The position numbers and the translations under genes were made by a program. Of a stretch of DNA of 26,735 nt, positions 25,613 through 26,735 are shown one piece after another (position 1 is the first letter of the stretch; each line of letters opens with the position of its first letter). The notes below the pieces were generated by a model that saw only the letters and a program-made list of their open reading frames with translations, made no database searches and was not told where the DNA came from. The stretch covers positions 1-26,735 of the forward strand of contig CAZJVP010000041.1 in the NCBI GenBank assembly GCA_964549615.1. Reading direction: 5' to 3'. This DNA is from an uncultured Thermococci archaeon (lineage in GTDB: Archaea > CAYQAE01 > CAYVLA01).

Positions 25613-26735
25613 CTGAGCACCTCGGCAGGTCGTTTCCTTGCCACCCTTAGCAGCGAGACATGTGACGAGAAAAGGGCCACGGCAAGACAGACGAGAAAGG
25701 CGATGGCGGATTGGGAGATCAGTATCGCCAAGTTGGTTGACATCCCCAACGATCCCAGAATGGGCAGGGAGATCAAGGCGCCGACAACCGTTCCGGGCAT
25801 ACCGCCAAGAATGACAAGCAGGGCCACCTCCCCCGAGAGCAATCCGCTGATCTGTTTGACATCGGCTCCTACAGCCCTCATCAGAGCTATCTCCCTTGAC
25901 CTAAGCAGAGCTATCGAGTTAGCACAGGAGAAGACAGCTGCTGCGCCGCTGACAACCGCTATGCTGGAGAGGCTGTAGGCTATGATCCTGAAGAGGTTGG
26001 CATTGCTGGGCTCAGGTACGTACCATCGCCAAATGTCGGCTTGCCGGGGCGGGCTCTGCAGGCCCGCCAATGTTGAGTACAGCTGGTTTCTCTCCGGCTG
26101 GAAAATGGGCATATTAGTCTCGTTCTCTCCGTCGCGGATGACGACTTGGACAAGGCCGGCTTCGCCGAACAGGGAGACCCAACGCTCCATATCCATAGCC
26201 AGATACGAATCCCAAGCCTCCAGACTATAGCTCAAGACGCCCTCATCGACCCTTGGGCGGAAGAGTGGCACAGGCTCTCGAACTATGCCCGCGACCTCAA
26301 ACTCGGTGCCCCTCGCAGGCAGCTGCATGTCCATCCCCATCTCTATCTTGACGACCGCCCTCGCGGGGACTGTGCAGGCCAATTCCTCCGTCACCAGGAG
26401 CCGCTGCCCCTGAAGGTTCTCCCAACCCTTCCCTAGAGGCAGGGAGCCTCGCGCCCCCACAATTGGAATCAGGAGGGTATCGCCTCCTACGGAGACCTCT
26501 TGGTAGGCTATCCTGCGAACCATGTATTGGAATCCGCAGGCTTCTGCCGATGACTCGATCTGCTCCAGCACGCCCTCCATGCGTTCAGGGGAGGAACCCG
26601 GGATGAGGTCTACTACGAGCGTTCCCCGTGTTGCACGTTGTAGTTTCCGCATGTCCAGCGCATACTTGGAGGCGGCCGTTTCTCCTACCACGCAGAAAGC
26701 AACCAGAACGAGCGTGACGAAAAAGGAGGTGCCTG
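25585..26735 (-). CDS. ABC permease, FtsX/MacB family (5'-truncated by window edge)
   Basis: RSREIALMRAVGA and PAEVLR; the frame is open to the edge through a hydrophobic first helix (GTSFFVTLVLVAFCVVG). Confidence 0.9.
   Translation of the reverse strand, partial: GTSFFVTLVLVAFCVVGETAASKYALDMRKLQRATRGTLVVDLIPGSSPERMEGVLEQIESSAEACGFQYMVRRIAYQEVSVGGDTLLIPIVGARGSLPLGKGWENLQGQRLLVTEELACTVPARAVVKIEMGMDMQLPARGTEFEVAGIVREPVPLFRPRVDEGVLSYSLEAWDSYLAMDMERWVSLFGEAGLVQVVIRDGENETNMPIFQPERNQLYSTLAGLQSPPRQADIWRWYVPEPSNANLFRIIAYSLSSIAVVSGAAAVFSCANSIALLRSREIALMRAVGADVKQISGLLSGEVALLVILGGMPGTVVGALISLPILGSLGMSTNLAILISQSAIAFLVCLAVALFSSHVSLLRVARKRPAEVLRWSGGLALR

Noticed and set aside
1-26735. tRNA, rRNA, CRISPR arrays, transposases, and long antisense ORFs such as 13122-13928 and 22015-22854
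   Set aside because: I saw no cloverleaf, spaced repeats or transposase motifs by eye. The antisense ORFs are shadows of GC-rich genes.

Overview
GC-rich prokaryotic window, most likely archaeal. The clues are an AbrB-PhoU regulator, a split archaeal-type glutamate synthase, a GAGGTGAT ribosome-binding site, BRE/TATA-like promoters and a PEF-CTERM-like tail; the lineage cannot be fixed from this window. The core (2.9-15.1 kb) is a nitrogen-assimilation cluster with two minus-strand operons. The first is 4Fe-4S protein - FAD/NAD(P)H oxidoreductase - three split GOGAT subunits - LL-DAP aminotransferase - dapF. The second is glnA - unknown 103-aa protein - hisC-like aminotransferase. An AbrB/PhoU regulator lies between them and a nitrilase-family gene is divergent from glnA. 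Both divergent promoter regions carry the palindrome CATAC-N9-GTATG (perfect in one, one mismatch in the other), which matches no nitrogen operator I know. This is the best candidate for an undescribed system. The left flank holds a partial GMP synthase with a nested duplicated domain, an unannotated 56-aa zinc-ribbon protein and a DUF523-DUF1722 gene. The right flank holds a UroD-fold protein, an Lpd/mycothione-reductase-like disulfide reductase, an Ogl-like propeller plus alpha/beta hydrolase pair, a frameshifted FG-GAP surface protein and a LolCDE/MacB-type ABC exporter. I saw no tRNA, rRNA, CRISPR array or transposase. All family calls come from motif recognition, not database searches.
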